A DNA stretch of 64,000 nt from Syntrophales bacterium. Lineage in GTDB: Bacteria; Desulfobacterota; Syntrophia; Syntrophales; UBA4778. Both the position numbers and the translations under genes were made by a program. The notes below the pieces were generated by a model. That model saw nothing but the letters and a program-made list of their open reading frames with translations. It did no database searches and was not told where the DNA came from. Positions 23,660-34,445 of the stretch are shown piece after piece; within the stretch, counting starts at the first letter, position 1, and the number at the start of each line of letters is the position of its first letter. The stretch is taken from the NCBI GenBank assembly GCA_963665615.2, contig CAXXQE010000001.1, positions 1 through 64,000 on the forward strand. Direction: 5' to 3'.

Positions 23660-24736
23660 GTGCTTTATCATTTGTTATATCCGCTTTATACGACGTACAG
23701 CATATTTAACGTCTTCCGGTATATTACGTTCAGGACCATCTACGCGATGATCACGGCGATGGTCATTGCCTTTATTCTGGGCCCCTGGCTGATCCGTAAA
23801 CTACAATCGCTCCAGATCGGCCAGACCATTCGGGAAGATGGACCAGGAACACACCATGTCAAGAAGGGTACACCAACGATGGGCGGCATCCTCATCGTTT
23901 TCGCGTCGGTCACGGCGACGCTCTTATGGGCCAATCTGACGGTCGATTACGTCTGGCTGGTTCTCCTGGTGACAATCGGTTTCGGTCTGATCGGGTCCAT
24001 TGACGATTACCGTAAACTCTCCGTCGGCAGCCGGGGATTGTCCGGCAAGGTTCGATTGGCCGGGGAGATCTTCATCGCTCTCTTCGTCAGCATCCTGCTT
24101 TACTCGAAACCCGGCTTCAGTACGAGCGTAACGATCCCATTCTTCAAAACCATCCTTCCCGATCTGGGATGGGGATACATCATCCTGTCCACTTTTATTA
24201 TTGTCGGGGCAGCCAATGCCGTCAACCTGACCGACGGACTCGATGGTCTGGCGATTGCGCCGTCATTGGTTTGTTTCATAACCTATCTGCTCTTTGCGTA
24301 TCTGGCCGGCAACATCCGGATTGCGAGCTATCTGCAGATTCCTTATGTCGCCGGGGCCGGAGAACTCGCCGTTTTCTGCGGGGCTATGGCGGGGGCCGGC
24401 ATCGGTTTTCTGTGGTACAACACCTATCCCGCCCAGATATTTATGGGGGATGTCGGGTCGCTGTCGCTTGGCGGCGCCATGGGAACACTTGCCATTCTCA
24501 CGAAACAGGAGATCCTGCTGGCGATCGTCGGCGGCGTCTTTGTGCTTGAGACCTTCTCGGTCATTTTCCAGGTTGGCTGGTTCAAGATCACCAAGGGCAA
24601 GCGGATCTTCAGGATGGCGCCGATCCACCATCACTTCGAGTTGAAGGGATGGGCCGAACCCAAGGTCATTGTGCGCTTCTGGATCATCTCGATTATTCTG
24701 GCGCTGATTGCGATCAGCACCTTGAAGTTGAGGTAG
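23660..24736 (+). CDS. mraY: Phospho-MurNAc-pentapeptide transferase
   Basis: [38 protein letters not shown]. Confidence 0.97.
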   Translation: MLYHLLYPLYTTYSIFNVFRYITFRTIYAMITAMVIAFILGPWLIRKLQSLQIGQTIREDGPGTHHVKKGTPTMGGILIVFASVTATLLWANLTVDYVWLVLLVTIGFGLIGSIDDYRKLSVGSRGLSGKVRLAGEIFIALFVSILLYSKPGFSTSVTIPFFKTILPDLGWGYIILSTFIIVGAANAVNLTDGLDGLAIAPSLVCFITYLLFAYLAGNIRIASYLQIPYVAGAGELAVFCGAMAGAGIGFLWYNTYPAQIFMGDVGSLSLGGAMGTLAILTKQEILLAIVGGVFVLETFSVIFQVGWFKITKGKRIFRMAPIHHHFELKGWAEPKVIVRFWIISIILALIAISTLKLR

Positions 24737-24746
24737 GCGGTAGACG

Positions 24747-26097
24747 ATGGAGCTCGACGGGAAAAGAGCGCTGATCATTGGCATCGGAAAGACGGGCACT
24801 GCCGTGACGAGGTTTCTTCGCGAACGCAATGTCCTTCCCGTTGTGACTGACGAGAAGGGATTCTCCAGCGGGCAGATCGCTCTGGCGGACATAGTTGGTC
24901 GGGTCGAATACAGGGACTACGCCGCCTGTACACTGGACGATATCGACCTGGTCATTCCGTCTCCGGGCGTTCCGCCGTTCAACCCGCTTCTTCAGACAGC
25001 CGTGGTGCAGGGCATCCCGGTTCTGAGTGAACTGGAATTGGCGTCCCGCTTCCTGACAGAGCCCATCGTGGCGATTACCGGCACCAACGGCAAGACCACT
25101 GTGACCACGCTGATCGGCGAGATTTTGGCGCATTCGGGCAAGCGGGTTTTCGTCGGCGGCAATATCGGCACGCCGTTGATCGGTTGCATTGATGACAAAA
25201 ACCGGCCTTTCGACGTCATCGTGGCGGAAGTCAGCAGTTTTCAGTTGCAGTGGACGGAGACCTTCCGGCCCCATGTAGCGGTTCTGCTCAACGTGACCTG
25301 CGACCACACCGATTATCACGGCTCCATGGCGGCTTATCGGGAGGCCAAGGAAAAGATTTTTGCGAACCAGACAGGGGACGATCTGGCGATTTTGAATGGC
25401 GACGAAAGCGAAACGGCGGCCCTCATACAACGGCTTGGTGTTGAAACGAAATGCTTTAGCACCCTCTTGCCGATGACCAATGGAATGTCGCTGACGGGAG
25501 GGCGCCTGTGCGATAGCGCTCCGGACCGTTCTGATGAATGCTACCCGCTGGGGATGATCAGGATCCCGGGAAGTCACAATATCGAGAACGTGATGGCGGC
25601 GATCCTGGCGGTCCGCAAGTGCGGTTGCTCCCAAGAAGCGATTATCGAGTCTGTTTCGCGATTCACCGGTGTGGCGCATCGGATCGCGTTTTGTGGGCAG
25701 GTGTGCGGCGTGCGGTACTACGACGACTCCAAGGGGGACGAATGTCGGCGCTGTCGTGCGCGCCCTGGAGAGTTTTTCCGCCCCGATCGTTCTGCTCCTG
25801 GGGGGACGGGACAAGGGCGGGGACTTCGATGCCCTGATCCCGCTGATTCAACGACATGTCAAGAAAGTGGTGATTTTTGGAGAGGCGCGGGATCGGATCA
25901 ACGCACTGGTCGGCGGGGTTGTCGATACCGCGCTGACGCCGGGACTTAAGGCTGCCTTTGAGATGGCCTCCGGCAGCGCAACAGCCGGCGATGTTGTATT
26001 GCTGTCTCCCGGCTGCGCGAGCTTCGATGAATTCAACAACTATGCGGAACGGGGACAGTTCTTCAAGTCCTTGGTGGATGGACTTTCCGATGAGTGA
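24747..26097 (+). CDS. murD: UDP-MurNAc-L-Ala:D-Glu ligase; apparent +1 frameshift at 25733-25737
   Basis: SPGVP, GTNGKTT, EVSSFQL. Removing one G restores DDSKGTN followed by GGRDKG and SPGCASFD. Confidence 0.92.
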
Positions 26098-27193
26098 GTA
26101 TCCGGCAAAAGGGGTGCGCCCCGATTTTATTCTCATGATTACGACGCTGACGCTGGTTACCTTCGGGACGGCGATGATCTATAGTTCGAGCTCGATTATG
26201 GCCGCCGATCGCTTTGGCGACGGTTACTATTTCCTGAAGAAACAGCTCTTCTTCGTGCTGATCGGGATGTTCGCGATGGTGATCATGTCACGGGTTCCAT
26301 ACGGTCATCTGAAAAAACTGGCCTATCCGGGTCTCATCGTTTCCGTCGTCCTGCTGTGTGCCCTGTTTATTCCACATCTCGGCGTTAAGGTGGGCGGGGC
26401 AAGACGCTGGATCAATCTGGGATTCATCTCTTTTCAGGTGACGGAGATGGTGAAGGTGGTCTTTGTCGTTTTCATGGCCTTCTACCTGACCAAGAAAAAT
26501 CAGTACATCGCCGAATTCAAGACCGGCATGATGATGCCCCTGATTATTGCGGGCGCCTTGATCGGCCTCATTCTGCTTCAGCCCGATTTCGGTTCGAGCG
26601 TTCTGATTGCCGGAACCATGATGATCATGTTTTTTCTGGGCGGCAGCCGGCTCCTGCATTTGGGCGCGCTCGTGGGGGCGCTCGTTCCCGTGGCGGCTGT
26701 ATTGGTGATGACCAAGGGTTACCGTATGGTACGGCTGATGAGTTTCCTCGATCCATGGAAAGATCCGCAGAATACGGGTTTCCAGATCATCCAATCCTTC
26801 CTGTCCTTTGGATCGGGCGGCGCCCTCGGGGTTGGATTGGGAGACGGGATGCAAAAGCTCTTTTACTTGCCTGAGCCGCATACGGACTTCATCCTCTCGG
26901 TCATCGCCGAGGAAAGCGGTTTCATCGGCGTCTTTATCGTACTGGCGCTCTTCATGGTTCTAATTTACCGGGGCTTTATGACATCGTTCAAAGCGCCCGA
27001 TCTCTTCGGAGTGCTTCTGGCCGGTGGATTGACTGCCCTGCTGGCGTTCGAGGCCTTTATCAATATTGCGGCGGTCACCGCGCTGGTGCCCACGAAGGGA
27101 CTGGCGTTGCCCTTTATGAGCTATGGCGGATCGTCGCTGATTATGAGCATGACGGCAGTCGGTATTCTGCTGAACATCTCTTCTGCGAGGTAG
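26090..27193 (+). CDS. ftsW: SEDS glycosyltransferase FtsW
   Basis: GARRWI, QPDFGS, YLPEPHTDFI, PTKGLALPFMSYGGSS. Confidence 0.96.
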   Translation: MSEYPAKGVRPDFILMITTLTLVTFGTAMIYSSSSIMAADRFGDGYYFLKKQLFFVLIGMFAMVIMSRVPYGHLKKLAYPGLIVSVVLLCALFIPHLGVKVGGARRWINLGFISFQVTEMVKVVFVVFMAFYLTKKNQYIAEFKTGMMMPLIIAGALIGLILLQPDFGSSVLIAGTMMIMFFLGGSRLLHLGALVGALVPVAAVLVMTKGYRMVRLMSFLDPWKDPQNTGFQIIQSFLSFGSGGALGVGLGDGMQKLFYLPEPHTDFILSVIAEESGFIGVFIVLALFMVLIYRGFMTSFKAPDLFGVLLAGGLTALLAFEAFINIAAVTALVPTKGLALPFMSYGGSSLIMSMTAVGILLNISSAR

Positions 27194-27197
27194 CAGC

Positions 27198-28283
27198 ATG
27201 CGGGTGATTATTGCCGGAGGCGGGACGGGCGGGCATCTCTTTCCGGGGATCGCAATTGCAGAGGCTTTTCAGAAGCGCGATCCAACGTCGGAGGTTCTGT
27301 TTGTCGGGACCGACCGGGGAATCGAGAAACGGGTCGTCCCGGAAAACGGCTATGCCCTGCGAACGATCGACATTGAAGGGTTGAAGGGACGCGGGATTCG
27401 ATCCTTGCTGGCGCTGCTGAAGATTCCGTGGAGTCTCGTGCAGGCTGTCCGGATCATCCGGGATTTTGCGCCTGATCTGGCGATCGGGGTCGGCGGGTAT
27501 GCATCGGGACCTGTTGTCGCTGCTGCGCGACTGCTGGGAATTCAAACGGCCGTTGCCGAACAGAACGCGATCCCCGGATTGACCAATCGCATCCTGGGAC
27601 ATTTGGTGCACCGGGTTTTTTTAACTTTTCCCGATGAGGGTCGATATTTTGCGCCGACCAAAGTGACGCTATCCGGCAATCCGATCCGGTCGTCCTTTGT
27701 CGCACATCCGGACAGGCCGCGAGACGGTTCCTTTACGGTACTCGTTTTCGGCGGCAGCCAGGGGGCACGGAGAATCAATCAGACAATGATTGAGGCTTTT
27801 CCATTCTTGAAGGGGCTGGGCGGCCTTCGAATCGTGCATCAGACCGGCGCTGCCGACTGTGAACGAATTACCGAGGCGTATCGGACGGCCAATGCAGACG
27901 GCAACGTTGATATAACGGTTCGTCCTTTTATTGCGGAGATGGCAGACGCCTTTGCCGAGGCGGATCTTCTGATCTGTCGAGCGGGTGCGACATCGATCGC
28001 GGAGATTGCCGCCAGCGGGAAGGCGGCGGTTCTGATCCCCTTCCCCTATGCTGCGCACGATCACCAGACGCAAAATGCGCGCGTGATGACGGAAGCCGGA
28101 GCGGCGATCATGGTTCCGGAGAAGACGTTAAACGGAAAGGTCCTCGGACAGATTATCGAAAGCCTTCACAGCGATCCCGACCGGCTTCGGGCGATGTCTG
28201 AGAGAGCCGCGCAGATGGGGAAACCCGATGCGGCAGACACCATCGTGAACGCGTGCCTGGCGCTCCTAAAAAACAGTAAATAG
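27198..28283 (+). CDS. murG: Lipid II GlcNAc transferase
   Basis: AGGGTGGH, GGYASGP, EQN, GNPIR, GGSQGA, RAGATS. Confidence 0.97.
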   Translation: MRVIIAGGGTGGHLFPGIAIAEAFQKRDPTSEVLFVGTDRGIEKRVVPENGYALRTIDIEGLKGRGIRSLLALLKIPWSLVQAVRIIRDFAPDLAIGVGGYASGPVVAAARLLGIQTAVAEQNAIPGLTNRILGHLVHRVFLTFPDEGRYFAPTKVTLSGNPIRSSFVAHPDRPRDGSFTVLVFGGSQGARRINQTMIEAFPFLKGLGGLRIVHQTGAADCERITEAYRTANADGNVDITVRPFIAEMADAFAEADLLICRAGATSIAEIAASGKAAVLIPFPYAAHDHQTQNARVMTEAGAAIMVPEKTLNGKVLGQIIESLHSDPDRLRAMSERAAQMGKPDAADTIVNACLALLKNSK

Positions 28284-28306
28284 TAAACAGTGAATAGCGA
28301 ACGGGG
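28272..28306 (+). repeat. Degenerate heptamer tandem repeat
   Basis: aacagta aatagta aacagtg aatagcg aacgggg. Confidence 0.5.
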
Positions 28307-28358
28307 GCATCGAAGAGACGTGACAGCGTGTAACGAAGACCATCGCAAAAGAGACCTG

Positions 28359-29726
28359 ATGCAGCGGAAGGTCAAGCACATCCACTTTGTGGGTATCGGC
28401 GGAATCGGCATGAGCGGCATTGCCGAGGTGTTGCTGAATCTGGGCTATCTGGTCAGCGGATCGGATCAGAACGACACCGAAACGACACAGCGCCTGATGC
28501 GACTCGGCGCCAGGATCTGCAGGGGACACCGAAAAGAGAATCTGTTGGACGCGGACGTCGTGGTTACCTCGACGGCGATCCGGGCCGACAACCCGGAAGT
28601 GCTGGCGGCTCATGAGAAACTGATCCCGGTCATCCCCCGTGCGGAGATGCTGGCGGAGCTTTTGAAGATGAAATTTTCGATTGCCGTTTCGGGCATGCAC
28701 GGCAAGACAACGACGACCTCGATGATCTCGACCGTCCTAGCCCAATGCGGGGTTGATCCGACGATGGTCATCGGCGGAAAACTCGCAAGCATCGGCAGCA
28801 ACGCCCGCCTGGGAAACGGCGAGGTGATCGTGGCCGAGGCGGACGAAAGCGATGGTTCTTTCCTCAAGCTGAGTCCCTCCATTGCCGTCATTACGAACAT
28901 TGACCGGGAACACCTCGATCACTACCGGGATATCGACGAAATTAAACAGGCCTTTCTCCAGTTCGCCAATATCGTTCCCTTCTATGGTTCGACGATTCTG
29001 TGCCTCGACGATGAACATGTGCGCGAGATCCTGCCGGACATCAAACGCCGAACGATCAGCTACGGCATAGAGGAGGCCGCCGACTACCGGGCCTCGAACC
29101 TCGTCTTTTCCGGTTCCCGAACGACCTTCGATCTGGCCTATAAGGGCGAGCGGTTGGGGACGGTCGAGTTGAACGTGCCGGGGCGCTTCAACGTCTATAA
29201 CGCCATGGCGACGATTGCCGTGGCCCGAGAACTCGATCTTAAATTTACCGCCATTGCCGGGGGGATCAAGGCCTATGTCGGTGTGCACCGGCGCTTGGAG
29301 GTGCGAGGGCAGGCGGCGGGTGTCACCGTCGTGGACGACTATGGACATCATCCGACGGAGATCCGGGCGACATTGGCGGCGGCCCGTCAAGTCTGGAACA
29401 ACCGGATTTTGGTTGTCTTTCAGCCGCACCGTTACACGCGCACCCAGGCCCTTTTTAAGGAATTCATGGAGTGTTTTGTCGATGCGGATGTCCTCATTCT
29501 GACAGACATCTATGCGGCCAGTGAGGACGAGATCCCTGGCGTGCATGCGGCGATCCTCTGCGAGGCCATTCGTCAGAAAGGGCATGCGGATGTGCATTAT
29601 ATTTCGGATTTTGAGGCGATTGCAGACCGCCTGGCCGAGATGGTTCGTCCCGGCGATACGGTGATCACGCAGGGCGCCGGCAGTGTCTGGAAGATCGGCG
29701 ATGCGCTGCTCAAGAGGTTAGGATGA
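28359..29726 (+). CDS. murC: UDP-MurNAc:L-Ala ligase
   Basis: HFVGIGGIGMSG, GMHGKTTTT, EADESD, DDYGHHPTE, FQPHRYTR; ATG at 28359. Confidence 0.97.
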   Translation: MQRKVKHIHFVGIGGIGMSGIAEVLLNLGYLVSGSDQNDTETTQRLMRLGARICRGHRKENLLDADVVVTSTAIRADNPEVLAAHEKLIPVIPRAEMLAELLKMKFSIAVSGMHGKTTTTSMISTVLAQCGVDPTMVIGGKLASIGSNARLGNGEVIVAEADESDGSFLKLSPSIAVITNIDREHLDHYRDIDEIKQAFLQFANIVPFYGSTILCLDDEHVREILPDIKRRTISYGIEEAADYRASNLVFSGSRTTFDLAYKGERLGTVELNVPGRFNVYNAMATIAVARELDLKFTAIAGGIKAYVGVHRRLEVRGQAAGVTVVDDYGHHPTEIRATLAAARQVWNNRILVVFQPHRYTRTQALFKEFMECFVDADVLILTDIYAASEDEIPGVHAAILCEAIRQKGHADVHYISDFEAIADRLAEMVRPGDTVITQGAGSVWKIGDALLKRLG

Positions 29727-30658
29727 ATCGGGACATTGTCAGGGAAAAACTCAAGGCGTTGACGCACGGCCGCGTGTTGTTTGATGAACCGATGTCGAAC
29801 CACGCCTCCATGGGCGTGGGCGGCAGGGCGGACTGTCTCGCTTTTCCGGTAACGGCGAGCGAGGTCAGCGTCATGGTCGCCTATCTGCAGGCGGTGGGGG
29901 TGCCCTACCTGCCGGTCGGTCGCTGTTCCAACCTGATTGTCCGTGACGGCGGATTCCGCGGGGTACTCATCAGTCTGTCGGAGCTCCGGGCGCTGGAGAT
30001 TCAGGAAGCACCGGAGGGCCGGATGCGAATGACGGCGGAGGCCGGTGTGCCCCTGGCGGAGATCGTGCGCATTTCGGTCGACGAATCCCTGACAGGAATG
30101 GAATTTTGTGCCGGTATTCCCGGGCTTGTCGGGGGCGCCGTTCGCATGAATGCCGGCGCTTACGGCAGCGACATGAGCCGTGTGACCGAGAAGATCACTC
30201 TGATCAACGGTTCCGGCACGGTCCGCGATGTTTTGCGGGAGGCCTTGTCCTTCACGTATCGCCATTTGGAATTGCCCGAGAGAGGCGTGATCGTCAGGGG
30301 ATCGTTTCTACTGTGCCGCGGAGATCGTGAGGCCATTCGGACGGCGGTGACGCAAAACATGGAGACGCGCAAACAAAGGCATCCACTGCATTACCCGAGC
30401 GCCGGGTCCATCTTCAAGAATCCGCCGGAGGTGCCGGCCGGTCGTATCGTGGAAGAACTGGGGTTGAAGGGTCGGCGGATCGGTGGCGCCGCCATTTCGG
30501 ACGTGCACGGTAATTTTATTGTGAACTTGAGTGGGGCGACAGCCTCGGATGTTTTGGCCCTGATGGCGCTCGTGCAGGAGAAATGCCTGACTGAGAAGGG
30601 CATTGTCCTTGAGCCAGAGGTCGAGGTTGTCGGAGTGGATGATGAGAAGATCCTTTAA
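29723..30658 (+). CDS. murB: UDP-N-acetylenolpyruvoylglucosamine reductase
   Basis: GIPGLVGGAVRMNAGAYG, SAGSIFKNP, HGNFIVN, LEPEV. Confidence 0.95.
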   Translation: MNRDIVREKLKALTHGRVLFDEPMSNHASMGVGGRADCLAFPVTASEVSVMVAYLQAVGVPYLPVGRCSNLIVRDGGFRGVLISLSELRALEIQEAPEGRMRMTAEAGVPLAEIVRISVDESLTGMEFCAGIPGLVGGAVRMNAGAYGSDMSRVTEKITLINGSGTVRDVLREALSFTYRHLELPERGVIVRGSFLLCRGDREAIRTAVTQNMETRKQRHPLHYPSAGSIFKNPPEVPAGRIVEELGLKGRRIGGAAISDVHGNFIVNLSGATASDVLALMALVQEKCLTEKGIVLEPEVEVVGVDDEKIL

Positions 30659-31487
30659 GAGCTCATTTAAGAACTCGCTGGAAACGCGACGGATTCGCTT
30701 GAGGAGGCACTCGGGCGATATATACCGGGATGTGCGGGCCGGCGTTTTGTTGACGGGGATCGTCGGCGTTGCAACCCTCTTGGTCGTTGCCGGCTATTTT
30801 GTGTTGACGAGTGCACCCTGGTTCCGGATGGATAAGACGATCATCAACGGTTGCGGCAAGGTGTCGAACCAAGAGATCCTGGCGCTTACGAACGTCAAGC
30901 CTGGTCAGGCTCTCTTCTATCTCAATACAGACAAGATGATTCGGCAGATCAAAACGAATCCCTGGATCGAGAATGTTTTGATCAGGCGGGATCTGCCGGG
31001 GAAGCTCATCATCGATGTGAAAGAACGACATGCGGTCGCCCTGATGAGAAAAGATCAGACACTTTATTTCGTCGATACCCATGCAACGCCTTTCAAAAAA
31101 ATCGGTGAAAAGGAAAGCGCTGATCTGCCGATTCTTACTGGGTTTAGCGAAAATGGGATTGATAAAACAGAAATGATCAAAAAGTCGCTCGAGTTGTTGA
31201 CATTCTTTTCCGGATATGATGGATTTCCTCGAGCCGAGAATATTTCAGAGGTTCAGGCCGATGACACTGCCGGCTTTCTCATTTTGGCGGATAACGGTAT
31301 CAGCATCCTGATGGGCTTCGGGCGCTACACGGAAAAGCTCGGGCGCCTCAAGGCAGTCATGGCCGATTTGGCCCGCAGGGAGATGACGGGCCGCCTCTTT
31401 ATTGATCTGAGCGATCCGTCAAAGATCACCGTTCAGAGGAAAGAGGCCCCTGCCTTTCCCCAGTTATCGAGGGGCTACAGGACATAG
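30639..31487 (+). CDS. ftsQ: Cell division protein FtsQ/DivIB
   Basis: TM helix and POTRA (NPWIENVLIRRDLPGKLIIDVKER); located before ftsA. Confidence 0.88.
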   Translation: MMRRSFKSSFKNSLETRRIRLRRHSGDIYRDVRAGVLLTGIVGVATLLVVAGYFVLTSAPWFRMDKTIINGCGKVSNQEILALTNVKPGQALFYLNTDKMIRQIKTNPWIENVLIRRDLPGKLIIDVKERHAVALMRKDQTLYFVDTHATPFKKIGEKESADLPILTGFSENGIDKTEMIKKSLELLTFFSGYDGFPRAENISEVQADDTAGFLILADNGISILMGFGRYTEKLGRLKAVMADLARREMTGRLFIDLSDPSKITVQRKEAPAFPQLSRGYRT

Positions 31488-31525
31488 TCATAAACGGTGC
31501 AGCCTGTTGCACCACTGCGTTTGCA

Positions 31526-31623
31526 TCCGGTAGTGAGCGCGTTGCTCACAGTTTCTGTCGGGGTAAGCGAACGCATCATTAAGGATTGGAAATTCGCCGG
31601 GGCTTGTTCCGGTGCGTCTTCAA
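31526..31623 (+). repeat. Dispersed two-hairpin element, copy 3 (ftsQ-ftsA intergenic)
   Basis: Follows TTGCA. Contains gtgagcgc..ggggtaagcgaacg and ggaaattcgccggggcttgttccggtgcgtcttcaa. Confidence 0.7.
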
Positions 31624-31645
31624 ATATTCGTAGAGAGGGCAGTCG

Positions 31646-32869
31646 ATGGCAAAGAGGAAAGTGATCGTCGGTCTGGATATCGGGACCACCAAGGTATGTA
31701 CGATTATCGGAGAGTTAACCGGTAACGGCATCGAGATAATCGGAATCGGTTCCCAGACATCGGAGGGTCTGCGCAAAGGGGTCGTCGTCAATATTGACAG
31801 CACCATCGAATCCATCCGAAAGGCCATCGAAGAGGCGGAGATCATGTCCGGCTGTCGCATCAAGTCGGTGTGTGCCGGGATTGCCGGCGGTCATATCAAG
31901 AGTTTTAACAGCTACGGTATTGTGGCGGTCAAAGGCAGCGAGGTCGAGGAAACCGACGTTAAGCGTGCGATCGAAGCGGCCAAGGCCATTGCCATGCCCC
32001 TGGATCGCGAGATCCTCCACATTATTCCGCAGTACTATATCGTAGACGACCAGGACGGTGTCAAGGATCCCATCGGGATGTCCGGGGTTCGTCTGGAGGT
32101 AAAGGTACACATCATTACCGGCGCGGTGACCTCGATCCAGAATATCGTCAAATCGGTCAACGGCGTGGGGTTGGAAGTGGACGACATCGTTCTCGAGCCG
32201 TTGGCGGCCAGCGAGGCCGTTTTGGGAACCGACGAGAAGGAACTCGGTGTGGCCCTGGTGGATATCGGAGGGGGAACCACCGACATTGCCGTTTATTCCG
32301 AGGGGAGTATCAAACATACGGCCGTGTTGCCGCTGGGCGGCAGTTATCTAACCAATGATATTGCCGTCGGCTTGCGGACCCCTGTGACCGAGGCGGAAAA
32401 GGTGAAGATCAAGTATGGCTGCGCCTTCACCTCGCTGATTCCCCAGGACGAAATGATCGAAGTGCCGAGCGTGGGCGGACGCGAGCCGCGGCGGGTATCC
32501 CGTCAGGTCCTGGGCGGCATTATCGAACCGCGGATGGACGAGATTCTGAATCTTGTCTGTCGTGAAATCGTGAAGTCGGGTTATGAAGAGCGTCTGGCGG
32601 CGGGTGTCGTGCTTACAGGTGGAACGGCTTTGTTGCAAGGGGTTACGCAGTTGTCGGAACAGATCTTCAACATGCCGGTTCGCGTGGGAACGCCCCTGGG
32701 CGTCGGGGGTGTTTCAGATATCATCAATAGTCCGATGTATGCGACGGGCGTCGGTCTGATCCTCCACGCCAGCCAGGGACAAGTCAGGAACAGCTATCAG
32801 AAAAACGACGGGGCAGCCATAAAAGGGCTGAATAAAAAAATAAAGAAGTGGTTTTCCGAATTCTTCTAA
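31646..32869 (+). CDS. ftsA: Cell division protein FtsA
   Basis: GLDIGTTK, DIGGGTTD, VLTGG. Confidence 0.97.
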   Translation: MAKRKVIVGLDIGTTKVCTIIGELTGNGIEIIGIGSQTSEGLRKGVVVNIDSTIESIRKAIEEAEIMSGCRIKSVCAGIAGGHIKSFNSYGIVAVKGSEVEETDVKRAIEAAKAIAMPLDREILHIIPQYYIVDDQDGVKDPIGMSGVRLEVKVHIITGAVTSIQNIVKSVNGVGLEVDDIVLEPLAASEAVLGTDEKELGVALVDIGGGTTDIAVYSEGSIKHTAVLPLGGSYLTNDIAVGLRTPVTEAEKVKIKYGCAFTSLIPQDEMIEVPSVGGREPRRVSRQVLGGIIEPRMDEILNLVCREIVKSGYEERLAAGVVLTGGTALLQGVTQLSEQIFNMPVRVGTPLGVGGVSDIINSPMYATGVGLILHASQGQVRNSYQKNDGAAIKGLNKKIKKWFSEFF

Positions 32870-32884
32870 AAGGGAGGAAGAACT

Positions 32885-34054
32885 ATGGGATTTGAACTGT
32901 TCGATAGCGGGGCGGACAAAACGGCGGTCATCAAGGTTATCGGCATCGGTGGTGGCGGCGGCAATGCCGTTAACACCATGATAGCCTCCAAGTTGGGCGG
33001 CGTGGAATTTATCCTCGCCAATACGGATGCCCAGGCCCTCAAGACATCCGGCGCCTCCGTCAAGATCCAGCTCGGCTCGGAGATTACGCGGGGGCTCGGC
33101 GCCGGCTCGGATCCGGAGATCGGCCGAAAGGCGGCCCTGGAGTCGAGGGACGCCATCATCGGCTGTCTCAACGGTGCAGACATGGTCTTCATTACCGCCG
33201 GGATGGGAGGCGGCACGGGAACGGGCGGTGCGCCGATTGTAGCGCAGATCGCCAAGGAATCCGGCGCCCTGACCGTAGCGGTCGTCACCAAGCCCTTCCA
33301 GTTCGAAGGCAAGAAGCGCGAGCGGCAGTGTGAGGAAGGCATCGAAGAACTGCGGAAGATCGTCGATACCCTGATCGTGATTCCCAACCAGCGCCTGCTG
33401 AGTCTGGGCGGCCGCAACATGTCTCTCATTGAGGCCTTCAAGAAAGCGGACGATATCCTCTATCACGCCGTCAAGGGCATCGCCGATCTGATCACCATCA
33501 CCGGGTTTATCAATCTCGATTTTGCCGACGTTCGTAATGTTATGTCCGAGATGGGACTGGCGCTGATGGGAACCGGCATCGCCCGCGGCGAAAACCGCGC
33601 CGTCGAAGCGGCACAGCGCGCCATCTCTTCGCCGCTGTTGGAGGACAACTCGATTCAGGGCGCCCGCGGCGTGCTGCTTAACATTACTGGCGGCGCCGAT
33701 ATGACCCTCTTTGAGGTCAACGAGGCGGCCAGCCTGATCCAGAAGGAAGCCCATGAGGATGCCAACATCATCTTCGGAACGGTGATCGACGAGGCCATGG
33801 AAGACGAGATCCGCATTACCGTGATCGCCACGGGTTTCGAGGAGAGCGGTAAAAAACAGGTCCTGACAAACGTCTCTCATCTGAGCAGCTATAAAAAAGA
33901 AGACCTCTCCACCCCGGCCTTCATGCGCAAAGGCAAACCGGGTACGTCGGGCGCCACGAGCGAGCCCCAAAATATCATCCGGATGGGGATGATTGACGAC
34001 AGCGAAGACGGCGACTTCGAAGTCCCCACCTTTCTGAGAAAGCAGGCGGATTGA
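32885..34054 (+). CDS. ftsZ: Cell division protein FtsZ
   Basis: [26 protein letters not shown]-terminal [10 protein letters not shown]. Confidence 0.98.
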   Translation: MGFELFDSGADKTAVIKVIGIGGGGGNAVNTMIASKLGGVEFILANTDAQALKTSGASVKIQLGSEITRGLGAGSDPEIGRKAALESRDAIIGCLNGADMVFITAGMGGGTGTGGAPIVAQIAKESGALTVAVVTKPFQFEGKKRERQCEEGIEELRKIVDTLIVIPNQRLLSLGGRNMSLIEAFKKADDILYHAVKGIADLITITGFINLDFADVRNVMSEMGLALMGTGIARGENRAVEAAQRAISSPLLEDNSIQGARGVLLNITGGADMTLFEVNEAASLIQKEAHEDANIIFGTVIDEAMEDEIRITVIATGFEESGKKQVLTNVSHLSSYKKEDLSTPAFMRKGKPGTSGATSEPQNIIRMGMIDDSEDGDFEVPTFLRKQAD

Positions 34055-34084
34055 TATAGCGAGCGTTTTTTCCATTCCTCCCTC

Positions 34085-34120
34085 GACTCCCCGGGATCCC
34101 CGCCCGGGGAGTCTCTTTTT
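34085..34120 (+). terminator. Rho-independent terminator after ftsZ
   Basis: GACTCCCCGGG-7nt-CCCGGGGAGTC followed by TCTTTTT. Confidence 0.8.
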
Positions 34121-34205
34121 GACCACACTTCTCTTAGAACATACGAATTGACACCCCCGGGTCGATTATTGTAATAAGGGACATTAACAAGGAGGAGGCC
34201 TCGTC

Positions 34206-34394
34206 ATGTTTTCAGGTCTAATGCAACCCATGCATCTCATCATTATTTTGATTATCGCCCTGCTTATTTTCGGTCCGGGAAAGATTCCAGAACTCGGAAG
34301 CTCCATCGGGAAGGCCATCCGGGAGTTTAAACGCGCCATGAACGAGCCGGAAAAGAAAGACGATCAGGACATCAAGAAAATCGATACAAAATAG
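34206..34394 (+). CDS. tatA: Twin-arginine translocase TatA/E
   Basis: LLIFGPGKIPELGSSIGKAIREFK; AGGAGG RBS. Confidence 0.92.
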   Translation: MFSGLMQPMHLIIILIIALLIFGPGKIPELGSSIGKAIREFKRAMNEPEKKDDQDIKKIDTK

Positions 34395-34445
34395 GGAGAG
34401 ACCCTGGCCCTGAAAAGACATACACATGTCAAACTCTGCCTGCTT

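Noticed and set aside
24747..26097. murD as a pseudogene or programmed frameshift
   Set aside because: Essential gene, and the same +1 G/C homopolymer pattern recurs at five other sites, which points to sequencing error.
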